Origin: a virus
Reading direction: 5' to 3' (one strand)
IMG/VR virus record: IMGVR_UViG_3300020045_011333
Coordinates: 96,001 to 160,000 of that record
Length of the DNA stretch: 64,000 nucleotides
Shown: positions 1 to 9,589 of the stretch, one piece after another
Layout: each line of letters begins with the position of its first letter
How positions within the stretch are numbered: position 1 is the first letter of the stretch
Notes under the pieces: generated by a model
The model's database searches: none
What the model saw: only the letters and a program-made list of their open reading frames with translations
What the model was told of the DNA's origin: nothing
Made by a program: the position numbers and the translations under genes

Positions 1-1001
1 GCATTCCTCCTGAAGGTGTTTCTTATCTAGGGCCGGGAGTTATTCCTGATGGGCCAAGTATGGGAGCTGTTTCTGTTTACCAATCACCATCTAGTCTTGC
101 TGATCCAGTAACTCTTATAGTTTCTTGGGCCGCTGCTACAGGTGCAACAAGATACGTATCACAGTACTCCTATGATAATATTTCATGGGTTCCAGCTTAT
201 AATGGAATTGATACTAGTTATGTACTAGTTGTCAACTCTGGTGAGGTATATATTAGAACAGCCGCCATTGGCTCAGTATTAGGGCCTTGGTCCTATATTA
301 ATCCTATGCCACAGAATTTTGGAACGCCTTCCTTACTGCCCGGAACGGTTTCTGATCTTAATGTTGAGGCAAGTGTTACAACTGGTACTCTCGAAATTTC
401 TTATAACGTAGCGGCTCGTGCCTCATCATACGAAGTTAGGGTTTATACAGAATCGGTAGTCGGTAGTGGTACATTTGACACATTAGAATTAACTAAGAAT
501 ACAAGCGGTAACTTTGTGTCATTTGTTTCTTCAGAAGTAATTGCCGCTGGTGGCGCGTGGTCACGTATTCAAGTTAATGTATATTCTATAAATGTCAATG
601 GCTATAGTACACCCGCTATACAACAAGTTCTTGATATTTCGTTGGATGCAATCACAGGACTAGCACTAACAAATCCATACGGAGGCGTTGAAGCATCGAT
701 CCAATGGAATATAGTTTCGGGAGCCAATTCTTATAGAGTGAAAATTTATAACAACGTAAGCATTCTGGTTAGAGAAATTTCTGTATCCACCAATTCTTAT
801 TATTATAGTAATGATCAATTAACGAGTGATGGCGGACCTTGGGGAGCATTTAGTGTGAAAGTAAATGCAGAAGCCTCAGCATTAATTGGACCTCAATCAA
901 CACTTAATATTGTTAATCCAGCATATCCTACATTATATACACCAACTAGTACTACATTTGGGTTCCCTTCGGAACCTACAAGAGCAACAATGACTGTTTA
1001 A
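1..1001 (+). CDS. Tail protein / central tail fibre C-terminal part (FN3-like beta repeats), 5'-partial
   Basis: Frame stays open from base 3 up to the ATG at 60, so the gene starts before the window. S/T/V/Y-rich beta-strand repeats; lies just upstream of the lysis genes. Confidence 0.6.
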   Translation, partial: IPPEGVSYLGPGVIPDGPSMGAVSVYQSPSSLADPVTLIVSWAAATGATRYVSQYSYDNISWVPAYNGIDTSYVLVVNSGEVYIRTAAIGSVLGPWSYINPMPQNFGTPSLLPGTVSDLNVEASVTTGTLEISYNVAARASSYEVRVYTESVVGSGTFDTLELTKNTSGNFVSFVSSEVIAAGGAWSRIQVNVYSINVNGYSTPAIQQVLDISLDAITGLALTNPYGGVEASIQWNIVSGANSYRVKIYNNVSILVREISVSTNSYYYSNDQLTSDGGPWGAFSVKVNAEASALIGPQSTLNIVNPAYPTLYTPTSTTFGFPSEPTRATMTV

Positions 1002-1024
1002 TACATTAATATAGCGAGCTAAAA

Positions 1025-2191
1025 ATGGTGAATAAATTTTATCAAGGTAAAGTAAACAAGATTTCTGATAGTGATTTTAGAAGAATTGCTAAACAGTATG
1101 ATATCCCAGAAAGCCGCTTAAGAGCGGTAGTGGAAGTTGAAGCTCGTGGTTCAGGCTACTATGGAGCTACAGACTTGCTAACCGCCTTGTATGAACCACA
1201 TGTGGCTTATGCTCATAGTTCTGGCGAAGCCCGTAAAGCTCTTGTTTCTGCTGGTCTTGCCTATCCTAAGTGGAAGCGCGACTATCCAAAAACCAGTTAT
1301 GACAGAATTGATAAGGCTGCTAAAATAGCTGGTGAAGAAGTTGCTGCTTTAGCAACCTCGTGGGGCATGGGCCAGATCATGGGATTTAATCATGATGCTG
1401 TAGGATTTTCTACTGCACTTGAGATGGTTAAAAATTTTGCTGTTTCTGAAGCTAATCAAGTAGAAGGGATGTTGAAATTTATAACATCCAAGAAACTTCT
1501 TACCAAGTTAAAGAATGGTGATTGGAAAGGTTTTGCCTATGGTTATAATGGCGCTGGTTATGCTGAAAATAGTTACGACATTAAGCTAGCCGCCGCTGAC
1601 AAGAAATGGGCTGTAAAACTTAATAATAAAGATGTTCCTAATCAAACTGAACTACCTACTGTTCCTTCTATTACAAAAGGAGCTAAAGGCGAGGTTGTAA
1701 AATCTCTACAGCAAGGGCTTAAAGATTTAGGTTTTGATGTTACTGTTGATGGCGATTTTGGTGGACACACTGAAGAAATTGTTAAGCAATTTCAAGAACA
1801 AAACGGTTTAACTGTAGATGGTCAAGCCGGACCCGCCACGAGATTAAAGATTTCTGAAGCCTTAACGGCAAAATCTAAGGACGTAGCTAAAGCTAAAAAG
1901 ATCCCCGTTGCTTTCGTAACTAAACCAGAAGCTAAAGTTCTATTAGGAGAAACCGCTCAAGAACCTATTCTTGTTGAGCAAGAAGAGCTTGAGAAACCTG
2001 TGGGACGTACACGTCAATTTTGGTATTGGTTATCAACTCTTCCTCTTACAGGGGCGGCATCTTGGTTCCAAGACTGGCGCGTTCTTCTAGGAATTTTTGT
2101 AGCTATTGTTGTGTTAGCTATCTTTGGTATTTTGGCTCAAAATAAACTTATAACTACTTATAAGAATATTAAGAAAGCTTTAGAGGAATGA
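1025..2191 (+). CDS. Endolysin: DUF3380-type N-acetylmuramidase + PG_binding_1 domain + C-terminal hydrophobic segment
   Basis: AVVEVEARGSG, LYEPHV, SWGMGQIMGFN and FAYGYNG muramidase motifs; VDGDFGGHTEEIVKQFQ..GLTVDGQAGPAT peptidoglycan-binding repeat; hydrophobic C-terminus. Confidence 0.9.
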   Translation: MVNKFYQGKVNKISDSDFRRIAKQYDIPESRLRAVVEVEARGSGYYGATDLLTALYEPHVAYAHSSGEARKALVSAGLAYPKWKRDYPKTSYDRIDKAAKIAGEEVAALATSWGMGQIMGFNHDAVGFSTALEMVKNFAVSEANQVEGMLKFITSKKLLTKLKNGDWKGFAYGYNGAGYAENSYDIKLAAADKKWAVKLNNKDVPNQTELPTVPSITKGAKGEVVKSLQQGLKDLGFDVTVDGDFGGHTEEIVKQFQEQNGLTVDGQAGPATRLKISEALTAKSKDVAKAKKIPVAFVTKPEAKVLLGETAQEPILVEQEELEKPVGRTRQFWYWLSTLPLTGAASWFQDWRVLLGIFVAIVVLAIFGILAQNKLITTYKNIKKALEE

Positions 2192-2192
2192 T

Positions 2193-2534
2193 ATGCTTGA
2201 CAAATTATTAATTTATGCTATGATAGGCATTTTAGTAGCTGGCGGTGCTGTCACTACTGTAATGTATACTAAGATTCAAACACAGAAAACAGCTATTCTC
2301 GAATTAACTATCGAACGTGATAATTTTAAAGCAGCTTATCAAGTTAAAGATTTAGAATTTAATAACTCTAAAGCAAGTCAAAACACTTTAAATGACTTAT
2401 ATATCAAAGAAAAAGAAGCTGCTGGACGAATGGCAGACGAATTAGAGGTAATTAGAAATGTCCCTGAAACCAATAATGGCCCTGTTGCTCCTGTCCTTAG
2501 TAATACCCTTGACAGGCTGCGGGACGATAATTAA
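2193..2534 (+). CDS. Inner-membrane spanin (Rz-like)
   Basis: N-terminal TM helix followed by coiled coil; follows the endolysin and overlaps a lipoprotein gene. Confidence 0.75.
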   Translation: MLDKLLIYAMIGILVAGGAVTTVMYTKIQTQKTAILELTIERDNFKAAYQVKDLEFNNSKASQNTLNDLYIKEKEAAGRMADELEVIRNVPETNNGPVAPVLSNTLDRLRDDN

Positions 2535-2763
2535 ATACGAACCACTTATTTATACAGTCGAAGTTCCTGAAGCATTACGTACTTGTGCTTCTCTACCTCC
2601 TCGACCTAGCGGAACTTATACTCAAAGAGAAGTTTCTTTATTTATAGTAAGACTTGATAATGCTAGAAAAGATTGTAAAATTAAACTTGAAGAGCTAGTG
2701 AAATTAATAGACGTACAAAACCAAAACGCCCTTGAACTTAAAAACGAACGGACAAAGAAATAA
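2458..2763 (+). CDS. Outer-membrane lipoprotein spanin (Rz1-like)
   Basis: Signal peptide with LTGC lipobox, Pro-rich segment, overlaps the 3' end of the i-spanin in another frame. Confidence 0.8.
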   Translation: MSLKPIMALLLLSLVIPLTGCGTIIKYEPLIYTVEVPEALRTCASLPPRPSGTYTQREVSLFIVRLDNARKDCKIKLEELVKLIDVQNQNALELKNERTKK

Positions 2764-3278
2764 TGTATATCTCCCGACAAAAAGATGAAATTACTATTGA
2801 GATTACGGCTGAAGAATTTAATATTATTGGCCCCACTAATGTAATGAATATTTTAAAGTTAAACGATCCTGCACCTAACCTAGCTTCAGGGACTACTAGA
2901 TCACCGTATTCAGCTAGAGATATCTTAGTAGGTGGTGGAAGTTCTATTACAGGTGATTTTTATAATAAAGATGAAGCTTCCCTAAAAGAGGGTGATTCAT
3001 TTATTCTTAATGGAAAAGAGGCTGTGGTGGGGCATGTTGGTCCCGAAGCTATTTTACCTTCTAAGAAGACGGTAAATGTAATTATAGAAAATAAAGAAAA
3101 TTCAGTTGATATTGATTGCCATCAAACAAGAAATTCCGATGGCTCTTTAGACATAAATATAATTTTAGAACAAATTAAAAAGGCTGTTGCTGACGATATT
3201 TCCAAAGGCGGTACTGGTTTAAATAAAGCTTTTAATAATCGTTATGGCTCTAATCCTCCAAGCCCAATAAAAAGATAA
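2763..3278 (+). CDS. Hypothetical protein resembling the C-terminus of siphovirus tape measure proteins
   Basis: GHVGPEAILP..VNVIIEN..IILEQIKKAVADDISKGG..LNKAFNNRYG resembles the GEAGPEAIxP / DIxxGG..RYG tail of TMPs (recognised from memory). Confidence 0.5.
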   Translation: MYISRQKDEITIEITAEEFNIIGPTNVMNILKLNDPAPNLASGTTRSPYSARDILVGGGSSITGDFYNKDEASLKEGDSFILNGKEAVVGHVGPEAILPSKKTVNVIIENKENSVDIDCHQTRNSDGSLDINIILEQIKKAVADDISKGGTGLNKAFNNRYGSNPPSPIKR

Positions 3279-3292
3279 TAGGTTAATTTAAT

Positions 3293-5236
3293 ATGGCAAT
3301 TGTAGTACAAGACACGGGACAAGGTTTAATAAGGACTACTGTAGGCACAACTTTGTCTTGGAGTCACACTGTAAGTTCAGGTAGTGATAGAATTTTATGT
3401 GTTTCTATATTAATTAGTACTTCAGTCCCGAATCAAGTTGTTACAACTGTTTTGACATATGGTGGAGTTTATTTAACTAAAGTGGCAGAAATGATTAACA
3501 CAGGTTCCAGAATGGAATTTTGGCAGTTAATTAATCCCACTGTTGGTACAGCCACCCTTAGTTTATCAACGTCGAATAATTTTCTTAATATCTCTTCTCA
3601 TTCTTTTACATTAGTTAATGTGGCGCAACAAATACCTGAATTTGTGTCAAAAGCTACCAATGCTACCGGAACAACATCCACTCAAGGGATTACGACAACT
3701 ACAAATGCAGCGCTGACCATTGGTACTTTTGGTACTAATATTAATGCGACCCACACTGCAACAGAAGCTGGACAAAGTATTATTGCTACGTCAGCTACAA
3801 GTACATCAAAACAACACTCGGTTTCAACGCATTTTGGACCTACTCCGGGAGGCTTAGTTACAGATGGCTGGTCAAATTCTGTTAACTATACCCAAGCTGG
3901 ACAAATGCTTATTGTGTATCATGATGTTGCAAATGCCGGTGATACTTTATCTGGTGATATTCAAAAAAATATGGTGGGACAACGTACCCCCATCATTACG
4001 GGAACTAGTGGACCTGTAACTTGGAGCGCCTTGTTTACTGGACAAACGCCTGCATCAGTGGAAGCCAGAGTTAAAAATTCTTCTGGCACTACTATTGTAG
4101 ATTGGACGCCCACTACTTTAACTATTACTGGCAATTCACTTAAAATGAAGTTAAATTCTATTCCAGTAGGTAATACTTATACCGTAGATATACGGAGTAA
4201 AACATCTGGAGGAAGTGTTATTGCTACTAAAATAGGTTCTAATACTTTTGGTATTGGTAAAATTATTGCGGTTTATGGATCATCTGTTTCCGATTCTGCT
4301 TTTATTGACACTCCATACGATGCTAGCTCCTTACTTGTAAGCGTTTACCGACAAACAGGAACTTCTTGGACCATTGCTTCTGGTACTGGTATTGTAGCAT
4401 TAGGTAACGCAGAAATATTGAGTGAACCGGGTGTCCCCATTGCCTTTTTGAGGTGCGGTGTTGCTGGCATCGAAGCTGTCAATTTAGCGGCAAAGGTAAC
4501 GGCAACAGGATATCCAAATCTTCTTACCGCTATTGCAGCGGTGGGAGGTCTTAGAGAAGCTGATATAATCTCGATAGGTGCGCAAGATGCTCGGCTGAGT
4601 CACGTACCTTCTGTAGCTTCTCACTTAGCTAATTTACGACTTATTCGTTCTAATTTAGTGACTGATACAACGCAAACTAATGTACCATTATTTGTAATGG
4701 CTATGCAACGTGCGCCAGATGCTAGTGCTTTTGATCAAGGGTTTACATACGCCAGAGGTGCTGAGCTTCAATTCGGGGACGATTCTAATGTGACTATTGG
4801 TGCCACTACGATAGATTTAACTGTTGCGCCAGATAATGCAAACATTCTTATTGCCGATAGTAAAATAGCGTGGAAAAGACTTCAACTTAGAATGGCTAAA
4901 GTTCTACGAGGAGCTGTAATAGATTCTCAAGGGCCTAAACCTATTAGTGCTAACTACGATACTATTACAGGATTTTTAAAAATTACTTTTGATAGGAGAA
5001 ATGGTGATAGCTTAGTAGGCAAAACTTCTCAAACTGGAATTACAGGGTTTAGAGTTAGTAATGATAACTTTGCAACACTTTTAACAATAACCGAAGCTTT
5101 TGTTAGTAGTGTTAATACGGTTTCACTGAATATAGGTCCGGGAATATCTGGAACGATAGTATGGGATTATTTGGAAGGAGCTACACCAAATATAACAAAT
5201 TGTGTTGGAAATAATGCGATAGGCCCTACACCATAA
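3293..5236 (+). CDS. Virion appendage / receptor-binding protein with C-terminal SGNH (sialate O-acetylesterase-like) domain
   Basis: Thr-rich beta N-terminal domain, Ig-like linker, then FGIGKIIAVYGSS resembling VGxVxxxxGQSN; last gene of the + strand unit. Confidence 0.55.
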   Translation: MAIVVQDTGQGLIRTTVGTTLSWSHTVSSGSDRILCVSILISTSVPNQVVTTVLTYGGVYLTKVAEMINTGSRMEFWQLINPTVGTATLSLSTSNNFLNISSHSFTLVNVAQQIPEFVSKATNATGTTSTQGITTTTNAALTIGTFGTNINATHTATEAGQSIIATSATSTSKQHSVSTHFGPTPGGLVTDGWSNSVNYTQAGQMLIVYHDVANAGDTLSGDIQKNMVGQRTPIITGTSGPVTWSALFTGQTPASVEARVKNSSGTTIVDWTPTTLTITGNSLKMKLNSIPVGNTYTVDIRSKTSGGSVIATKIGSNTFGIGKIIAVYGSSVSDSAFIDTPYDASSLLVSVYRQTGTSWTIASGTGIVALGNAEILSEPGVPIAFLRCGVAGIEAVNLAAKVTATGYPNLLTAIAAVGGLREADIISIGAQDARLSHVPSVASHLANLRLIRSNLVTDTTQTNVPLFVMAMQRAPDASAFDQGFTYARGAELQFGDDSNVTIGATTIDLTVAPDNANILIADSKIAWKRLQLRMAKVLRGAVIDSQGPKPISANYDTITGFLKITFDRRNGDSLVGKTSQTGITGFRVSNDNFATLLTITEAFVSSVNTVSLNIGPGISGTIVWDYLEGATPNITNCVGNNAIGPTP

Positions 5237-5266
5237 AGAAAACCCGCCTTTCGGCGGGTTCTTTTT
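5236..5266. terminator. Bidirectional rho-independent terminator
   Basis: AAGAAAACCCGCC-TTTC-GGCGGGTTCTTTTT between convergent genes. Confidence 0.9.
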
Positions 5267-5534
5267 ATTTATTACCTACTAGGTCTGCTACATAGGCCTT
5301 AAAATCGTCATAGCCGCCCACCAGCTTACCATTCTTGAAAATGCGAGGGAAGGTTCGATGCCCCTCCCTCACAAACGCCTGACGTTCCTCATCAGTTACA
5401 ACCTTCTTAATTGAAACTGGAACGCCAAGGATATTGAAAAGCGTGACGGTTTTATCACAATATGAGCAACCATCTTTCCCAATCATGAAGTAGTTATTGC
5501 CGAATTTATCTTCATCGAATAGATCATCTGACAT
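5265..5534 (-). CDS. nrdC: Glutaredoxin (NrdC-like)
   Basis: CSYC active site, TFPRIF and LVGGYDD motifs; start moved to MSDDLF, which has an AAGGA RBS. Confidence 0.9.
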   Translation of the reverse strand: MSDDLFDEDKFGNNYFMIGKDGCSYCDKTVTLFNILGVPVSIKKVVTDEERQAFVREGHRTFPRIFKNGKLVGGYDDFKAYVADLVGNK

Positions 5535-5550
5535 TTCATGTTCCTTTAAG

Positions 5551-7206
5551 TTAAGCTTCACAACTTACGCAAGCTACAAGATTTCGGTTAAGTTCTGCTA
5601 CGGGCGAAGTAGAACGTTGATAATAAAGTGTCTTAAGGCCCATATCATGAGCCGCAAGAGTAAGTGAATTAACATCTTTTACCGGCATGTTAGGATGAAT
5701 CATTAGATTAATTGACTGTGATTGATCTATATATTTTTGACGATCAGCGGCTTGTACAATAATCTCATATTGACTAATCTCTCCGAATGTTTTAAATACA
5801 TTTTTGTCATGCTCTGATAGAAAATCTAGATGTTGAACTGAACCTTCTTTCATTAGAATTGATAACCAAACTTCATCAGTATCTTTATTTAATTGAATTA
5901 AAAGTTTTTTGAGATAAGGATTTTTATAAGTAAAATCACCTTTAGCAAGTGCCTTAACATAATAGTTAGACTGTTCCGGCTCGATTGAAGGAGAAACTTG
6001 CCCGAGAATAAAAGAAGATGAGGTAGTTGGAGCAATGGCTTGTCGAACTGTGTTTCTTTCACCATACCCTTTTAGAACTTCGGGTTCCCCTAAAACAATA
6101 GCCATTTCTTTAGAAGCAATTAAAGTTTGTTCATCAATGAATTTTTGAATTTCAATATTATAAGCTTTAGCTTCAATAGATTCAAAAGCAATATGTCTTG
6201 ATTGAAGAAAAGAATGCCAACCTAAACGACCAATACCAATGGCCCTGTGTCTAACAGCAAAATTATAAGCTGACTTCATATGACGAATGTTTTTTACTTT
6301 TTCAATATATTCTGACATGACAGCATCAAGGAACCATGTCATATCTTGGACAAATATAGGATCGTTTCGCCATTCTAAGAAATGAAGATCATTTAAACTA
6401 AGCAAGCAGCAAACAAAAGATTCATCTTCACTAGAAGGCTCCATAATTTCTGTGCAAAGGTTGCTAGCCCAAATAGTCATGCCTTTATCTTTATAGACTT
6501 TAGGCTTATTATCATTTACGTTATCATGAAAAAAGATATAAGGAATACCAGTTTCGGCTCGATTTTTTAAAATCTTAGCCCAAATTTTACGTTTGTCTTT
6601 GTCTCCTGCCCTCATCTCCGCTAACCATGATGAGGGTACTGTAATTCCATAAAATAGGTCTTGAATAAAACTTCCTTCGCGCCTAAATTCTAACACCTCC
6701 TCAATATCTTTGTGCCAAATAGGCCAATAGAAGGCACCAGAACCTCTACGAACTTTATTTTGAGACACAAGGTTAATAGTGTTTTGAAAAGCTTGTGCAA
6801 AATGAGCCGAACCATCAGTGTTTCCACCACTTTTAATAGGTTCTCCGCGACCTCTAATTTCTCCCATATAGCCAGATACACCAGCGCCATATTTAGTCAT
6901 CATTGCAATTTCAGAAACTTTATCATAAATTTTTGCTGTATCATCTGAAATATACGAGCCATTACAACTAATAGGAAGATTAAAGCCATGACCAAAATTA
7001 GACCAAATAGGAGAGGCTAGAGAGCACCAACCTTTAAGGATGTAATCTTCTATCCTATCCGCTAAACCATCTCGCCCTGTGTACCTCTCAGAAGCTTTAG
7101 CAATAACTCTGATTCGTTCTTCTGCTGTCTGACCCGGAGCTAGATAATCTCTTGATAAAAATGTTCGAGAGTCCTTGTTGAGCCAATATCCTTTAGTTAA
7201 ATTCAT
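5551..7206 (-). CDS. nrdA: Ribonucleotide reductase class I alpha subunit, no ATP cone (class Id-like)
   Basis: PISC, SNLCTEI, IAPTTSSS, KTLYYQR and C-terminal CVSCEA. Confidence 0.95.
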   Translation of the reverse strand: MNLTKGYWLNKDSRTFLSRDYLAPGQTAEERIRVIAKASERYTGRDGLADRIEDYILKGWCSLASPIWSNFGHGFNLPISCNGSYISDDTAKIYDKVSEIAMMTKYGAGVSGYMGEIRGRGEPIKSGGNTDGSAHFAQAFQNTINLVSQNKVRRGSGAFYWPIWHKDIEEVLEFRREGSFIQDLFYGITVPSSWLAEMRAGDKDKRKIWAKILKNRAETGIPYIFFHDNVNDNKPKVYKDKGMTIWASNLCTEIMEPSSEDESFVCCLLSLNDLHFLEWRNDPIFVQDMTWFLDAVMSEYIEKVKNIRHMKSAYNFAVRHRAIGIGRLGWHSFLQSRHIAFESIEAKAYNIEIQKFIDEQTLIASKEMAIVLGEPEVLKGYGERNTVRQAIAPTTSSSFILGQVSPSIEPEQSNYYVKALAKGDFTYKNPYLKKLLIQLNKDTDEVWLSILMKEGSVQHLDFLSEHDKNVFKTFGEISQYEIIVQAADRQKYIDQSQSINLMIHPNMPVKDVNSLTLAAHDMGLKTLYYQRSTSPVAELNRNLVACVSCEA

Positions 7207-8114
7207 AGGGTTTCTTCTTTTTCTATTAATTGATTTATATTATTTCGTCTTGCATCCCAAGACTTTTTTACGGACAGTCTAATTTTTTCTTTAGTTTCTT
7301 CCGAAACTACACGGCCCTTAAGCCTTTTAATTAATTTTTCTTTTCTCTCTTCAGAAAGTTTAGTACCAAGTAAAGGAGAAGGCCTACCCTTTAAACTTTT
7401 TGAGATTCTTTCTTTTCTTTCATCAGGTATTGTTGTACCTTTAAGAGAGGAATGTTTCCCTTTATTTCCTAAAGAAATTTTTTCTTTGTGTTCGTCACTA
7501 AGAGGCCCAGTTTTTACACCTTTATTAACAGGAGAAACACCAATTCTATGTTTACCTAATTTTTCAATATGACTTTTGGATAATTTTCTCCCCGTGTTAG
7601 TTTTACTTATTTTATCTTTAGTCTCTTGTGATCTTTCTCTACCCTTTAGAGCTAAACTAATTTTTTCTTTTTGTTGTTCGGTTATAGGAGGTCTTACAGC
7701 TTCAGACATTCTTTTTATTTGTTCTAAACTTCTCTTTTTACCCCTATTTGAAGCAGCCATTTTTTCATATCTGTCTTTTTTATAATCTAAGCCCCCATGA
7801 TTTTTTATGGAGTTGCTTTTATTTAAAAATAATGGATTGTTTTTTGCATCAAAATATATTAATACTGATCTTTCCCATTCTAAGCATTCTTCTTTTGTTA
7901 GAAATGTTTTATCAATTTTTATTATATCTGGTTCACCAAATTGTTCTCTGAATTTTTTTACTTCTTTGGAGGATGAAAAGTAAATATTCCATAAGTCGTC
8001 AGGATGAGCGCCATTTTTGTACAATCCTTTATTAATAGCAAATCTAGATCCATAATAGATTTTTGAAAATTTTGTCCAGCCAATAAAATAACAATACGGA
8101 GTGTAAATTGTCAA
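7203..8114 (-). mobile_element. Free-standing GIY-YIG (Seg-like) homing endonuclease with NUMOD3 repeats
   Basis: YCYFIG..KIYYGSR N-terminus; repeated SxExKxKIS/GK motifs; inserted between nrdB and nrdA with 4-bp overlaps. Confidence 0.85.
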
Positions 8115-9085
8115 AATAAATCTTCTTCTGAATAACTTTTATCGTTTTTAGAATAATACACAGGTTTATTAACAAAAAAATCTTGCTGATTGTATCCATA
8201 TTGAGCTTCGCGTGTCCAGAACGTTAGATCAATGAGTTCTTTATTAACTTCGAAGGGAGTATCAAAACCAATAGCTTTTAAGGATTCATTAAGTCGTTCT
8301 TTAATGTATTCTTTTAAAATTTCAGGGCTTAAATTATCATGACGATAATCACCAATAATCCAATCAATCAATTTAGATTCGGCTTTAAAAGCTTCCTGAA
8401 TTTCTTGAGTAATTTTTTCTATTAGTTCTTGATCAAACATTTCAGGATACTCTTGACGAAGAGTATTGATAATAGTAATACCAACTTTACTATGACTGTC
8501 TTCTTCTAGTCTTGTATAAGCTATCTGTTGTTTTGTATCAGGAAGAAGTTGTCTAAATTTATTAAACCAAAGAATAATATAAAATTGACTAAATAGAGAA
8601 ACATTCTCAACAAATAAAGTAAACAGAATAATAGAGTAAATATATTGTTTCCTATTATTGGAGTATACTTTTTTATTATGTTTACGAAGGTACTCAACCC
8701 TACCTTTAACTACAGGTTCTTTTAAATTTTCTTCAAATATGTTACCCATTTGTAGTACATCCAAGAGTTTTTCGTAAGCCAAGTTATGAATCACTTCGGA
8801 ATTTGCCATGGTGTAACCAAGATCAGAAATAGATGGATGAGGTAAATTTTCTCCAAGTTTAGCCCAAAAGGTCTTTATATTAATTTCCACTTGGCCAATA
8901 CAAGATAAAGTTCTAGAGACTATTTGACGCTCTTGATCTGTTAGTTCGGATTTAAATTGTCCGTAATCGGCTTTGAAATCAAATTCGTCTGGTGTCCATT
9001 GGGTATGCCAAAATGCCTTAATAAAATCTTTGGCCCACGGGTAGTTATCAGGTTTACGAGAAAGTTGTTCGTCAAATAGGCCCAT
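8111..9085 (-). CDS. nrdB: Ribonucleotide reductase class I beta subunit (class Id-like)
   Basis: WTPDEF, QVEINIKTFW, SEVIHNLAY, VENVSLFSQF and EEDSH metal-ligand motifs. Confidence 0.95.
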   Translation of the reverse strand: MGLFDEQLSRKPDNYPWAKDFIKAFWHTQWTPDEFDFKADYGQFKSELTDQERQIVSRTLSCIGQVEINIKTFWAKLGENLPHPSISDLGYTMANSEVIHNLAYEKLLDVLQMGNIFEENLKEPVVKGRVEYLRKHNKKVYSNNRKQYIYSIILFTLFVENVSLFSQFYIILWFNKFRQLLPDTKQQIAYTRLEEDSHSKVGITIINTLRQEYPEMFDQELIEKITQEIQEAFKAESKLIDWIIGDYRHDNLSPEILKEYIKERLNESLKAIGFDTPFEVNKELIDLTFWTREAQYGYNQQDFFVNKPVYYSKNDKSYSEEDLF

Positions 9086-9192
9086 GTAGTGTAATACTCA
9101 TAAATTTAGAGGATAAAAAATCAACAACAAAGCGGCTCACCGTTTTGAAGGATGCGAAAATAAAGTGTCGGGAACGACAATTGAAAGAGATA

Positions 9193-9221
9193 ATATTAGC
9201 ACAAAATTTTTAAAAAGTCAA
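9193..9221 (-). promoter_or_regulatory. Sigma70-type promoter for the nrdB-HEG-nrdA-nrdC operon
   Basis: TTGACT-N17-TAATAT with extended -10 TG. Confidence 0.7.
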
Positions 9222-9233
9222 GTTTAATTTAAC

Positions 9234-9530
9234 TTATGCCATAAGAAATAATCCCGCTTCCCTTATAAGTCGCTCACAAGATACAGGTACACCATCTAGT
9301 GTATAACCCACCCCTTTACGCTCTTTCATCCGCTTACCTAAAATGACTTGGCAGCGTTCCATGAGAGGAAGTCCGTCATGATTTCGAGGACGCTTTCGTC
9401 CTGTAGGCTTCTCGACTCTAGGATTTTTAGTGTCTTTCTTTTCCATTTCGTACTTTTTAAAAAGATCAACAATGTCTTGAGGCTTCATATAAAATTTTTG
9501 TTCTTCGTTTTCGCTCATCAGTTTCTCCAT
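9234..9530 (-). CDS. Hypothetical protein
   Basis: ORF co-oriented with neighbours. Confidence 0.55.
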   Translation of the reverse strand: MEKLMSENEEQKFYMKPQDIVDLFKKYEMEKKDTKNPRVEKPTGRKRPRNHDGLPLMERCQVILGKRMKERKGVGYTLDGVPVSCERLIREAGLFLMA

Positions 9531-9534
9531 AAGA

Positions 9535-9563
9535 CTAAAATAAGGCGCATGAAGCGCCTTATT
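9535..9563 (-). terminator. Rho-independent terminator
   Basis: AATAAGGCGC-TTCAT-GCGCCTTATT-TTAG on the - strand, downstream of the MazG-like gene. Confidence 0.7.
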
Positions 9564-9589
9564 GTTTTCCTTAAATTTAATATTAGCTT

